NCBI GenBank assembly: GCA_951406725.2
Contig: OX597814.1
Coordinates: forward strand, 169,156,001 to 169,218,000
Source of the DNA: Octopus vulgaris
Taxonomy: Eukaryota
DNA length: 62,000 bases
Direction: 5' to 3'
Shown: piece by piece, positions 11,323 to 22,883 of the stretch
Layout: each line of letters starts with the position of its first letter
How positions within the stretch are numbered: position 1 is the first letter of the stretch
Position numbers and translations under genes: made by a program
The notes under the pieces: generated by a model
The model's database searches: none
Seen by the model: only the letters and a program-made list of their open reading frames with translations
Told to the model about the DNA's origin: nothing

Positions 11323-12953
11323 TCATGCACAGCATACTTCCATAGGTCTCGGTCTCTAGTCATTTCCTTGGTGAGACCTAAAGTTCGAAGGTCGTGCTTC
11401 ACCACCTCGTCCCAGGTTTTCCTGGGTCTACCTCTTCCACAGGTTCCCTCAACTGCTAGGGTGTAGCACTTTTGCACACAACTATCTACAGCCATTCTCG
11501 TCACATGACCATACCAGCGCAGCCGTCTCTCTTGCACACCACAATTGACGCTTCTTAGGTTCAACTTTTCTCTCAAGGTACTTACACTCTGACGATTATG
11601 AACACTGACATTACACATCCATCGGAGCATACTGGCTTCATTTCTTGCAAGCTTACGCATATCCTCAGCAGTCACGGCCCATGTTTCACTACCATGTAGC
11701 ATGGCTGTACGTACACATGCATCATACAGTCTGCCTTTTACTCTGAGCGAGAGGCCTTTTGTCACCAGCAGGGGTAAGAGCTCTCTAAACTTTGCCCAAG
11801 CTATTCTTACTCTAGCAGTTACACTTTCAGCACACCCACCCCCGCTCCTGACTTGGTCTCCTAGGTAGCGGAAGCTATCAACTACTTCTAGTTTGTCTCC
11901 CTGGAACGTGGTAGAAGTTGGTCTCTGCACATTTCCAGTGTTTATTGCTCCTGAGCATCTGCCACGGACAAAAACTATTTTCTTAGTTAGCCTTCCTTTG
12001 ACATTGCTGCACCTCTTATGTGTCCATAGCTTACACTTGGTGCACCTTATAGAGTTTCTACCTACACCTTTTTTACAGATCGAGCAGGGCCATCTACCTG
12101 AAGTCGTTTGTGATTGGTCCACCTTCCTACTTATTAGGACTTTGGTTTTGGCTAGGTTGATTCTAAGGCCCTTCGATTCTAATCCTTGTTTCCACACCTG
12201 AAACTTCTCCTCCAGTTCTGATAGTGACTCAGCAATTAGAGCAAGGTCATCAGCATAGAGGAGCTCCCAGGGGCATCCTGTCTTGAATTCCTCCGTTATT
12301 GCTTGGAGGACTATGATAAATAGGAGGGGACTGAGGACTGAACCTTGGTGGACCCCAACCTCTACCCGGAATTCTTCACTGTACTCGTTGCCAACCCTCA
12401 CCTTACTAGCAGCGTCTCTGTACATGGCTTGCACAGCTCTCACTAACCATTCATCTATCCCTAGTTTCCTCATTGACCACCAGATAAGGGATCGGGGGAC
12501 CCTGTCAAAGGCTTTCTCCAAGTCAACAAAAGCCAGGTACAAGGGCTTGTCTTTGGCTAGGTATTTCTCCTGCAGCTGTCTTACCAGGAATATAGCATCA
12601 CTAGTACTTTTCCCTGGCACGAACCCAAACTGCATATCATCTAAGCTGACACTCTCTCTAATTAGTTGGGCTATAACCCTCTCCGTAACCTTCATTACCT
12701 GATCCAGCAGCTTGATGCCTCTGTAGTTATTTGTATCTAGGGCGTCGCCTTTACCTTTGTAGCAGTTGACTATTATGCTGCTACACCAGTCATTGGGTAT
12801 GACTCCCTCGTGTATCACCTGGTTAACTATACGGGTGACTAAGCTATAGCCGACACCACCAGATATTTTGAGCATCTCTGCAGTAATTCCTGATGGGCCT
12901 GGAGCTTTCCCTGTTTTCATGCTTCTAATTGCCTTATCTACTAAGGAACTGTT
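11304..12953 (-). CDS. RTE-type reverse transcriptase (partial; endonuclease missing) with PHD-like zinc finger
   Basis: KAPGPSG, NYRGIKLL, QFGFVPGKST, AFVDLEKAFDRVPR, GVHQGSVLSPLLF, LYADDLAL, RLRWYGHV, GRGRPRKTW; predicted ORF start 13037 lies in flanking DNA. Confidence 0.95.
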   Translation of the reverse strand, partial: NSSLVDKAIRSMKTGKAPGPSGITAEMLKISGGVGYSLVTRIVNQVIHEGVIPNDWCSSIIVNCYKGKGDALDTNNYRGIKLLDQVMKVTERVIAQLIRESVSLDDMQFGFVPGKSTSDAIFLVRQLQEKYLAKDKPLYLAFVDLEKAFDRVPRSLIWWSMRKLGIDEWLVRAVQAMYRDAASKVRVGNEYSEEFRVEVGVHQGSVLSPLLFIIVLQAITEEFKTGCPWELLYADDLALIAESLSELEEKFQVWKQGLESKGLRINLAKTKVLISRKVDQSQTTSGRWPCSICKKGVGRNSIRCTKCKLWTHKRCSNVKGRLTKKIVFVRGRCSGAINTGNVQRPTSTTFQGDKLEVVDSFRYLGDQVRSGGGCAESVTARVRIAWAKFRELLPLLVTKGLSLRVKGRLYDACVRTAMLHGSETWAVTAEDMRKLARNEASMLRWMCNVSVHNRQSVSTLREKLNLRSVNCGVQERRLRWYGHVTRMAVDSCVQKCYTLAVEGTCGRGRPRKTWDEVVKHDLRTLGLTKEMTRDRDLWKYAVHEKTRQE

Positions 12954-13189
12954 ACACACACATACATATGTATGTAAGGATGCTGATGAGTTAATTATGA
13001 TTTTATTGAACATATTCACCATGTCAGATTCATACACTTATTGCAGCAGTCCTTCAGCTTTTCATAGCCCTGTAAAAGAACTCGGAAGTTTTGACCTTCA
13101 GCCCGACCTTTTGTGATATCCTTAAAACCCGGAGCTTTTTAGTACCTTCTCTTATATACATATATATTTTCATTATTTTTTGGTGGGGC

Positions 13190-13354
13190 TGATTCTCCAC
13201 TGATTCCTACACCTGATTTTCTCCCCTCCATACACACGCAAGCATATATCTGACTCATACACTGTTCACTTTCCAGGCATTTGTACATTACTGCATAAGC
13301 TTTATATGCACTTTTGACAAGTTGTGGTGCACCTGAGCACTGTATACAATAATT

Positions 13355-13419
<65 letters not shown>

Positions 13420-13420
13420 G
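13190..13420 (+). mobile_element. CR1-like LINE 3' end with (ATT)n tail
   Basis: gtggtgcacctgagcactgtatacaataatttc(att)n matches the reverse of the tail at 14503-14540. Confidence 0.75.
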
Positions 13421-14088
13421 TTCTTTAGACAAGGAAAACAAAGTAACGCATGACAGTAGATAGATGGAGATGCATGGCTGACTGAACTCCCACACAGGTT
13501 GGTATTGCCAAATGTTCATAGAAAACATGAAGTGAAAGAAGGTGGCTTCTTAATAGCTATTAATCACTTATTCATGCATGCTCTCCCAAACACAAAACTC
13601 ACAAAGCCACATGTAAATCCATACACACAAATGCACATACATAGGGCTCATACATGTCATAGGTTTTCTTAGAAAGTAGAAAAAAAGGGTGCAGCACAGG
13701 AAGTAAGATATAAGTCGGAAGGACTAGCAGCTCACAGTTCATCCATCTCACATACATGCATACATGCATGCATTTATGCAACGCAATTTAGTATGCTGTT
13801 AGCCAGCAGTTAATAGATGCACAGGAGAGAGGAATGAGAAAGCATGTGTGGACATACAATATCGTGCTAAAATTACAGAACCAAAGTCAATAAATGCATA
13901 TATTTCTTTTTCCTTTTTTTTCTCCTCTATCTCTTTCTCTCTCATTTTTTTGCTTGTTTGTTTTTTGCAATCTTCGTTTTCTCCATCACCAACCTAAAAT
14001 CCATATGTGTGTATGTATATGAAAGAAATTGTTGTATAACTGTTGAAACAATTATACAAAATATATATGAAAGAAATTGTTGTAAAAA

Positions 14089-14502
14089 GGCGGCGAGCTG
14101 GCAGAAACGTTAGCACGCCAGGCGAAATGCTTACCAGTATTTCATCTGCCGTTACGTTCTGAGTTCAAATTCCGCCGAGGTCGACTTTGCCTTTCGTCCT
14201 TTTAGGGTCAATAAATTAAGTACCAGTTATGCACTGGAGTCGATGTAATCGACTTAATCTGTTTGACTGTCCTTGTTTGTCCTCTCTGTGTTTAGCCCCT
14301 TGTGGGTAGTAAAGAAATAGGTATTTCGTCTGCCATTACGTTCTGAGTTCAAATTCCATCGAGGTCGACTTTGCCTTTCATCCTTTCAGGGTCGATAAAT
14401 TAAGCACCAGTTATGCACTGAGGTCGATGTAATTGACTTAATCCCTTTGTCTGTCCTTGTTTGTCCCTTCTATGTTTAGCCCCCTGTGGGCAATAAAGAA
14501 AT
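14089..14502 (+). mobile_element. Head-to-tail SINE B dimer with 14-bp TSD
   Basis: Full copy 14089-14320 plus 5'-truncated copy; aagaaattgttgta at 14071-14084 and 14503-14516. Confidence 0.9.
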
Positions 14503-14960
14503 AAGAAATTGTTGTATACAGTGCTCAGGTGCACTACAATTAACGAGAAAAGAAAAAAATGCCATCAGTTGTACTGTGGGCAGATTTCAGGAAGTATGGA
14601 AAATTTGAAGGACATAGTGGCTTGACAGCTAACAACTGATGCAGGTAGCATATTCCATGTTTCAAGAATTGTGAGCGTGAAAAAGTATTTCTGAAAGTCA
14701 TGGGTGCTGTGTTGTTTTTTGATTCTTGGAACAGAAGAGGAATAAATATTTAGGAGCCAATCTCTTTCATTGTCTTGCATAGTTCTCTGCTGACACTGAT
14801 TGGCTGAAACTGACCAGTGTTGGTGTGTATGAAGTTCAGCCAATCTTGTGTCCCTATCTATTTGCCTTAACTGTAAGAAGTTTTTGTTTTTCTGTAAAAT
14901 ATTTAGTTTTTCCCTTCCTAGGGAACCATCTCCGGAGTAACAAGTCACTGGATCAGCCAA
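14503..14960 (-). mobile_element. CR1-like LINE C-terminal fragment
   Basis: ..QKYFFTLTILETWNMLPASVVSC..FK..LPEI: CR1/L2-type ORF2 end (FF..R....WN.LP). Confidence 0.8.
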
Positions 14961-15020
14961 AATAGGCTACTGTATTCTTTTGTAATGTCGAGTATTTTTC
15001 TCCACTGGCTTTAAACCAAT

Positions 15021-15081
<61 letters not shown>

Positions 15082-15258
15082 TACATATGGAGCCTTGAAT
15101 CTAGGTTAGAAACTGGCTCTTTCTCTATTGGCAAGAAATCTTGAAATAAAAATGAACAATGACATACATACATACATACATACATACATACATACATACA
15201 TACATACATACATACATAAATACATACATACATTCATATGTGTGTGTGTGTGTGTGTG

Positions 15259-15606
15259 TGTAGGCACAACTATGGTTAATGGTTAAGAAGCTTGTTTTGC
15301 AATGACATGGTTCATGGTTCAGTTCCTTTGCATGGCACTTTGAACACGTGTTTTCCACAAATTCCTTGGGCCAACCAATGTCTTGTGAGTGAATTTGGTT
15401 GATACGTGTTTGTGTTTGTGCCCCATCACTACTTGACATCTAGTGCTGATTTGTTTACATTCCTTTAACTCAGTGGTTCAGCAAAAGAGACCAGTAGATT
15501 ATGCTCCAGACTAAAAATAAAATAACTTGCATCAATTTGTTCACTTAAACCCTTCAAAGCAGTGTTCCACTATGGCCACAATCCAATGACTGAAATAAGT
15601 AAAAGA
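15259..15606 (+). mobile_element. SINE family C (diverged)
   Basis: Match to family C head and tail. Confidence 0.75.
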
Positions 15607-15743
15607 TATATATAATAATTAATAGCAACAGAAGTAGAATTAAACCCAAAAGGCAATCTTTATATCCAACTTAATGTAGATGTCTTGTTATAACACTGAA
15701 TGCTACATTATTTACTTTGAGAGAACCTCTCATATGGTGCCTA

Positions 15744-16060
15744 TAAAGCACTGATATTTACATCGGTGACAGATGAGAATCATATGCTATGCATGCTGGA
15801 ACTGCCAGACCATGTGATTTCCACCTGCTTGGCCTCTTCAGTGGCAGTGATCCAGTAGCAGCATAACAGTTGAAACTGATTGTCAATGATACATAGAATT
15901 TCAGTGTGTTTTCAGGCACTAATTTGACAAATAGCCATACAGGGACAACTGCTACTGAAGAGATCAAGCAGGTCAAAATCATGTGATCTGACAGTTCTGG
16001 CACCCATAGCAGATAATTTTTTTAATCTGCCAGTGATATAAATATGAGTGCTTTTATGCA
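15744..16060. mobile_element. Fold-back/MITE-like element with ~110-bp imperfect inverted arms
   Basis: 15744-15855 is the reverse complement (diverged) of 15945-16060. Confidence 0.6.
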
Positions 16061-16099
16061 TCATTCCTTCATAAGAGAGGTCCTCTCAAAATAAATAAT

Positions 16100-16441
16100 G
16101 CAATATTCAGTTTTTGCATTTGGTTTGCAAGATTCTTTATGTGAGCTTGTGTGTTGAAGCATATTTTGTTGTATCTGGGGAGAGTCATTCTCTTTTGGCG
16201 CCTTATAGTTTAACACACTCTCCGGTAAAATTTCCACTTATTTCTTTTTTCTTTTTTTTTCTTTTTCTAAAATTTTATCATTGTGTCTTGCAACCTTTTC
16301 AATAGTTTTGAAAAGGTTACAAGGCACAATGAAAATTTTAGAATAATAAAAAAATAAAATAAAAAAGAAATAAGTGGAAATTTTACCAGTGAGTGTGTTA
16401 AATTATAAGCCACCAAAAGAGAATGACTCTCCCCAGATACA
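16100..16441. repeat. Palindromic copy of repeat family H
   Basis: Arms tatctggggagagtcatt..cttgcaaccttttcaa / ttgaaaaggttacaag..tgactctccccagatac. Confidence 0.75.
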
Positions 16442-16503
16442 GAGGTATTTAGTGTTCTAACACAACCTCCATGTTAAGTTGTATATAAAGTTTGCATTTT
16501 GAC

Positions 16504-16536
<33 letters not shown>

Positions 16537-16937
16537 TCACATGATCACATGACTGACCAGACTATCAAATGTTGTTACTCATCACTGGTCACGATGTGTT
16601 TTACATCGCCTGGCTAAGTGAGAAGCTAACATTCTCCTGCTGATTGAAAAGGGGACTGAATGAATGTGAAACAAATTGTTTTGCCTAAGAGCACAATATA
16701 CCACCTGGTCTGGGAATCGATCCCATGAATCTAGTGATCATCAGTGCAAAGGCCTAACCACTAGTTCACATATATGTGTGTGCGTGTACACACACTTCCT
16801 GAATATACTTACTTATATAGCCAGGTATACATCATCATCTTCAGCATTTTTACCTCCACTTTTCCATAGTATGAGTTGGAGGGGCTCTTTTATGGCACAG
16901 TTTTATAACCAGATTCCTTTACCCACACCAGCCTTTC

Positions 16938-17508
16938 TATTGGGTTGTCCAGAAAGTTCATGCCGATTTATTGTAGCTTACCTCTCGACTTCAATTTAGA
17001 ACATGGTTGAGTCCATAAAATAGAATTTGGCTACACCTCCATTTAGAGAACAGTTTAAGCTATGTTTTCATGGAAGAAGGTTTATGTTCCTATGACCTGT
17101 GTTAATTCTGTAACCCTTTAAAATGGAAGATAAGAAAGTTCATTTCCGGCACTTGATGCTTTGGGAACCAGACAAAAATTGATGCAGCTCGGCTAGGATG
17201 TGTTACCCCACCCTCCATATTCACCAGATATTGCTCCTTTGGATTTCTACTTATTCAGGTCTCTGCAGAATAGTCTTAATGGTAAAAATTTCAATTCCTT
17301 GGATGACGTAAAAAAATACCTTGATGAATTCTTTGCCATGAAACCACCTCAATTCTGTGAAGAGGGTATTTTCAAGTTAAAGGAAAGATGGAGACACATT
17401 GTGCAACAAAATGGTTCATATTTGGTTGATTAAAAATGTAATGGTAAGTATTTATTTACCTTTTTCTTTCCTTTAAAAATTGGCATGAACTTTTCGGACA
17501 ACCCAATA
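16938..17508 (+). mobile_element. Internally deleted mariner, same family and same deletion as 2887-3448
   Basis: TA-flanked TIRs; LPHPPYSPDIAPLDFYLFRSLQNSL..RWRHIVQQNGSYLVD. Confidence 0.92.
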
Positions 17509-17927
17509 GTTTGCTCTTAAGACTTGTTATATAAGTAAATCAATATGAATGTTTACATTCATTTAATCATTTTATGCAAGGATATATTTATACCTGTAGG
17601 TATGTATGAAGATGTTGACATTTGTTAACTAATATTTTTTTTAGCAACTTAGTGTAAAAAGCTTGCTTTATATTTTAATTGATTAATATGTAAGAGAAAT
17701 AATGAGGATAAAGAGAAATGGAGGTGAGAAGGAAAGATCAGGGATAGGATGATAAATAAGGATGAGAAAGAGAGATAAAGAATAGTCAGAGAAATAAGAG
17801 GGAGAAAGAGAAACGTGGGAGGAGGGGAAAGAAAAAAGTTGAAACAAGTTGAAAATGATAAGGGGCAAGAGAAACAAGAGAGGAGCAGGGGGAGTAAGAG
17901 ACACAAATGAAATAGAAATAGCTCACA

Positions 17928-17959
<32 letters not shown>

Positions 17960-18394
17960 TACACACGCACACATGCATGCACATGCACATACACTCTCAT
18001 TCACTCACTTGTACAATTTGACAATTCCTGAGGGTCTCTTCATAGACTGAAAAACATTCCATTAAAACTGTTAGCACTTGCAAAACAGTCATGCTTATCC
18101 TTCATCAATTTACCTTTTCTCTCATTCTCTTTTCTCTCTTTTTTTCCTCCTTACTCTCTCTCTCTCTCTCACTAGTTCTCTCATCATTCACTCACTCCAC
18201 ATTCACACATAATATACACACATAACAATGGATTGTTTAAACAAATGTTATTCTATTCATTATTATACTATGTTTTATTGACCTTTTAGCTGTGATACTA
18301 TTGAATAATTGTTGCTATTATTCCGAATTATTGATCTTATGAAGTTATTTTTCATTTTTCTTTTTATATAATCTTTGCTGCTCTAATAAGCATT

Positions 18395-18800
18395 TCTTTC
18401 CTCTCTACCTATATATCTATCAAGTCTTATTCTGTTGTGTCTGGGGAGAGTCATTTTCTTTTTGTACCTTATTTAACACTTCACCGGTAGAATTTCTACT
18501 TGTTTCTTATTTTTATTTTCAGAGACTATTGAAAAGGTTGCAAGACACAATGATAAAATTTTAGGAAAATAAAAATAAGAAATAAGTGGAAATTTTACCG
18601 GTGAGAGTGTTAAATTATAAGGCCCAAAAAGAAAATGGCTCTCCCCAGAGACAACAGAATATGCTTCAACACACGAACTCACATAAAGAATCTTGCAAAC
18701 CAAATCCAAAAACGAAATATGTCTTTCCTCTCTACTCTTATTCTGTTGTGTCTGGGGAGAGTCATTTTCTTTTTGTGCCTTATAATTTAATACACTTTGC
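18395..18800. repeat. Family H copy with alternating orientation (+/-/+ pieces)
   Basis: tcttattctgttgtgtctggggagagtcatttt at 18425 and 18736, reverse copy between them. Confidence 0.75.
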
Positions 18801-18968
18801 AAAGCATTTTTGCTGGACATACTAACAATTCTGCCAACTTACTGCCTTAATAATAATTATAATCCTTTCTACCAAAGGTACAAGGCCTGAAATTTGGGGA
18901 AGGGGACTAGTCGATTACGTCAACCCTAGTGTTTCACTGATACTTAATTTATCGACCCCAAAAGGATG

Positions 18969-19402
18969 CTGGGTTACAAATATACGAACCCCAATAAACC
19001 CATCATGACTACTTATGTGATAAGGGTACACCAGATACATGCATCACAACCATTTTGTATGCAACATAGTGATTTCATACTAAGATAAGAAGCTCGTAAC
19101 TTTACTGGGGGGGGGGGGGCAAGTTAGAATTTTCTTCAGGCTGCGTAGCCCATCCTACTGAAAAGGTCCCTGGACAAGGGTTGCTTAAGGTTGATGAACA
19201 TTTAATCTATGTTTCCAGAGGTGAATTATTCAAGCTCCAAAGAATTCTTCAACACATGATTATGATCCTCCCCCACTATTCCTGCTCATGATCAGAGATG
19301 AACACATAGTGTCAACCACTGAGGGTCATTCTCAACTGGTTAAGGTCAAGTCACTGACAAGCAAATCTGCAGAATATTTGCCATAACCAATCTTTTACAC
19401 CA

Positions 19403-19438
<36 letters not shown>
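18969..19438 (-). mobile_element. Repeat family F
   Basis: High identity with 29417-30185. Confidence 0.8.
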
Positions 19439-19439
<1 letters not shown>

Positions 19440-19440
19440 T

Positions 19441-19652
19441 GTTTCTTTATTACCCACAAGGGGCTAAGCACAGAGGGGACAAACAAGGACAGACAAACGA
19501 ATTAAGTCGATTACATCAACCCCAATGCGTAACTGGTACTTAATTTATCGACCCTGAAAGGATGAAAGGCAAAGTCGACCTCGGCGGAGTTTGAACTCAG
19601 AACGTAACGACAGACGAAATACGGCTACGCATTTCGCTGCCAGCTCGTCGCA
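19441..19652 (-). mobile_element. SINE family B
   Basis: Reverse complement match to 14089-14320. Confidence 0.9.
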
Positions 19653-20187
19653 ATTATAATAATGACACCAAATATCTAAGAGTACATTATTCAGTATGTC
19701 TGGAAAGAAAAATGTACCAAACACTCATGGCTGGTATAACTTTGATCTTAGATCTTTTCACTTTTGGTGGTCTTCTGGCTGGCTGAACAACAACAATTAC
19801 AATTTACAAACAATGAGAGAGCATTTACATAGACGTGTGGAATCTATTTAGTATCAGGAGCAAGTTGTAAGTTCATTTGTATGTGTGTGTGTGTCTGTAT
19901 GTGGGGGGAGGTGTTGCTTGTGTGCTGAGAAGAATAATGAATCTTTAATTTTACAAATTCATTGGTAAGTCTCTTAGTTAAATTATTGTGTTAGTCATGC
20001 ACTGTGGTCAGTTAAATCAAATAAACCTCTTTCTCCCAAATTGTAAGGCCTTCTGCTTATGTTTATAAATTAGAATTAGTAGTAGCTTGCTAGTCAGCAA
20101 GCTGGTAGGATTGCTAGCATGTTGCACAAAATGCTTAGCAGTATTTCTTTAGGTTTGTTATATTTTGATTGAGTTCAAATTCTATCA

Positions 20188-20262
20188 CAGGAATGGCTGT
20201 GTGGTAAGTAGCTTGCTTACCAACCACATGGTTCCGGGTTCAGTCCCACTGCGTGGCATCTT
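20188..20262 (+). mobile_element. Isolated 5' head of a family C SINE (body at 22552-22883 on the opposite strand)
   Basis: Ends at ggcatctt; the body resumes at agtgtcttc on the minus strand. Confidence 0.85.
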
Positions 20263-20646
20263 ATATGTGCTATATGACTCCTGTCATCTACCACCTTGCT
20301 AAATAATAGGGATTTCTAAGACTGATACAGAGCTGCATATTTTATGTGAGGGCTTTGTCAAATTGAACCCAGTTTATTGTTAGAATTGGGTTCAATTTTA
20401 TAGTTTATAGTTTATAGTTATAAACCCAGTTATAGCTGATTAATAGTTATTTTATCAACTCCCCAAAAACATAAAATGTGAAGTCAACATTTGACATGGC
20501 TTGAACTGAGAATTTAAAAGAAAATTACAAAATATCATAAGGAATTTAGTCTGAAATTCTACCAATTTTGTCATTTACCATGTTGCATATAATGGTTTCA
20601 AATTTTGAAACATGGCCAGCAGTTTTAGGAGAAGGGATAAATCAAT

Positions 20647-21190
20647 TATCATCATCATCATCATCGTTTAACGTCCGCTTTCCATGCTAGCATGGATTGG
20701 ACGATTTGACTAGGGACTGGCGAACCAAATGGCTGCACCAGACTCCAATCTGATCTGGCAGAGTTTCTACAGCTGGATGCCCTTCCTAACGCCAAACAGT
20801 CCGAGAGTGTAGTGGGTGCTTTTACGTGCCACCAGCACGAGGGCCAGTCAGGTGGTACTGGCAACGGCCATGCTCAAATGGTGCTTTTTATGTGCCACCT
20901 GCACAGGAGCCAGTCCAGCAGCTCTGGCAATGACCTTGCTCCAATGTTTTTTCACGTGCCACCAGCACAAGTGCCAGTAAGGTGGCGCAGGTAATGATCA
21001 CGCTCGAATGGTGTTCTTAACGTGCCACCGGCACAGAGGCCAGCTTGTTACTCTGGCAACGATCTCACTCATATCGTACTCTTAGCGCTCCACTAGCACG
21101 GATGCCAGTCATCGAATTTGATTTCGATTTCAATTTCACTTGTCTCAACAAGTCTTCGCAAGCAGAGTTTAGTGTCCAATGAAGGAAAGA
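20647..21190 (-). mobile_element. RTE 3' UTR copy (family A)
   Basis: (CAT)n-cgtttaacgtccgctttccatgctagc.. through cacttgtctcaac. Confidence 0.88.
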
Positions 21191-21419
21191 AAATTTATCC
21201 TAATGCTCAGCTGGTACTATAAGGTAAGCAATAATAATGAGACTCATTTTAAATGCTAGTGTCTTAGATTATAAAAATGACATAGAGTACCAAATACATT
21301 TATTACAAACTGATATACAGGATTTAAACATATAATCTAAGATTTTACTACTCTTTATGGGTAGTTGGTGTTGGTGACTCTTATAATGTCATGAACTCCA
21401 AAACAAATTACATACATAT

Positions 21420-21640
21420 TTGAAGCATACATCATCAGCCAAAGATCCATCATTGCAGCCCAAAGAAAATTCCGACAGTCTTTTGGAAAGCAATGGGCAC
21501 CATTTCTGTGAGAAAGGCAATTGCAGCCATTCCAGTTGATATACTAAGCCACAATGTGCTTGATATGAGAAAGCGAACTCAAGAATGTTCTATTCATGGT
21601 AATGACCATCTCCAAGATGTATATTCAAATCTTAGATATG
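21420..21640 (+). pseudogene. Possible degenerate Tc1/mariner-type transposase N-terminal HTH fragment
   Basis: EAYIISQRSIIAAQRKFRQSFGK resembles the S...QR.FR..F motif; stops follow. Confidence 0.25.
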
Positions 21641-21654
21641 TTGAACTGTATATC

Positions 21655-22298
21655 ATCATCATCATCATCATCATCATTGCTTAACGTCCGCTTTCCATGC
21701 TAGCATGGGTTGGATGATTTGACAGAGGTCTGGTGAACCAGATGGCTGCACCAGGCTCCAATCTGATCTGGCAGAGTTTCTACAGCTGGATGCCCTTCCA
21801 CTCCAAGAGTGTAGTGGGTGCTTTTATGTGCCACCGGCATGAGGACTAGTCAGCGGTACTGGCAATGGCCATGCTCAAATGGTGCTTTTTATGTGCCATC
21901 TGCACAGGATCCACATACTCACACACATATATATATAGCACCAACTGTTCGTGGTCGTTGCCAGCCTACCCTGGCACCTAAAAAGCACCATCCGTATGTG
22001 GCCAATGCCAGCGTCGCCTTGACTGGCTTCCGTGTCGGTGGCACGTAAAAACCACCAACTGATTGTGGCCGTTGCCTGCCTTCCCTGACACCTGTGCCAG
22101 TGGCATGTAAAAAAGCACCCACTACACTCACGGAGTGGTTGGTGTTAGGAAGGGCATCCAGCTGTAGAAACACTGCCAGATCAGACTGGAGCCTGGTGCA
22201 GCCTCCTGGTGTAGCCTCCTGGCTTCCCAGACCCCGGTCAAACCGTCCAACCCATGCTAGCATGGAAAGCGGACATTAAATGATGAGTATGATGATAT
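21655..22298. mobile_element. Two family A copies in opposite orientation; plus-sense copy 21944-22298 has a 17-bp TSD
   Basis: atatatatatagcacca at 21927-21943 and 22309-22325. Confidence 0.85.
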
Positions 22299-22320
22299 AT
22301 ATATATAAATATATATATAG

Positions 22321-22397
22321 CACCAGGTGGTGCTATTAAGTTAGATATGGCCTGGGCCAATAATGGCCGAAACCTATCAAAGTATCAAAGTATCAAA

Positions 22398-22400
<3 letters not shown>
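22321..22400 (+). mobile_element. Extreme 3' end of an L2/CR1-group LINE with (TATCAAAG)n tail
   Basis: caggtggtgctattaagttaga.atggcctgg shared with 59870-59910. Confidence 0.65.
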
Positions 22401-22442
<42 letters not shown>

Positions 22443-22551
22443 TTATGCAATAAATATATTTGGTACTCTATATCATTTTTATAATCCAAGATACTAGCAT
22501 TTAAATCATGTACCATCATTATTTTATCACCATCATGTGCAAGAAAGCCAA

Positions 22552-22883
22552 AATTGACTCTTTTTACTCTTTTACTTGTTTCAGTCATTTGACTGTGGCC
22601 ATGCTGGAGCACCGCCTTTAGTCGAGCAAATCGACCCCGGGACTTATTCTTTGTAAGCCCAGTACTTATTCTATCGGTCTCTTTTGCTGAACCGCTAAGT
22701 GACGAGGACGTAAACACACCAGCATCGGTTGTCAAGCAATGCTAGGGGGACAAACACAGACACACAAACACACACACACACATATATATATATATACATA
22801 TATACAACGGGCTTCTTTCAGTTTCCGTCTACCAAATCCACTCACAAGGCTTTGGTCGGCCCGGGGCTATAGCAGAAGACACT
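22552..22883 (-). mobile_element. Body of family C SINE lacking its head
   Basis: Reverse match to family C from agtgtcttc onward. Confidence 0.88.

Larger units (their letters stand above)
9050..12953 (-). mobile_element. 5'-truncated RTE-clade non-LTR retrotransposon with (GAT)n tail and tandemly amplified 3' UTR
   Basis: RT ORF plus 3' UTR ending ..ggacgttaaa(tga)n; no clear TSD. Confidence 0.95.

Noticed and set aside
9077-11359. Many overlapping 65-145 aa ORFs on both strands
   Set aside because: All lie in the GC-rich RTE 3' UTR repeats; repeated peptides reflect the DNA repeats
12954-13037. N-terminal 28 aa of the 577-aa ORF (MYESDMVNMF..TYVCVC)
   Set aside because: Read-through into flanking microsatellite-containing DNA beyond the RTE 5' truncation; not a real start
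18520-18560. TTGAAAA-type hammerhead in family H (ctattgaaaaggttgcaagacac)
   Set aside because: No GAAA box or helix II partner at the right spacing
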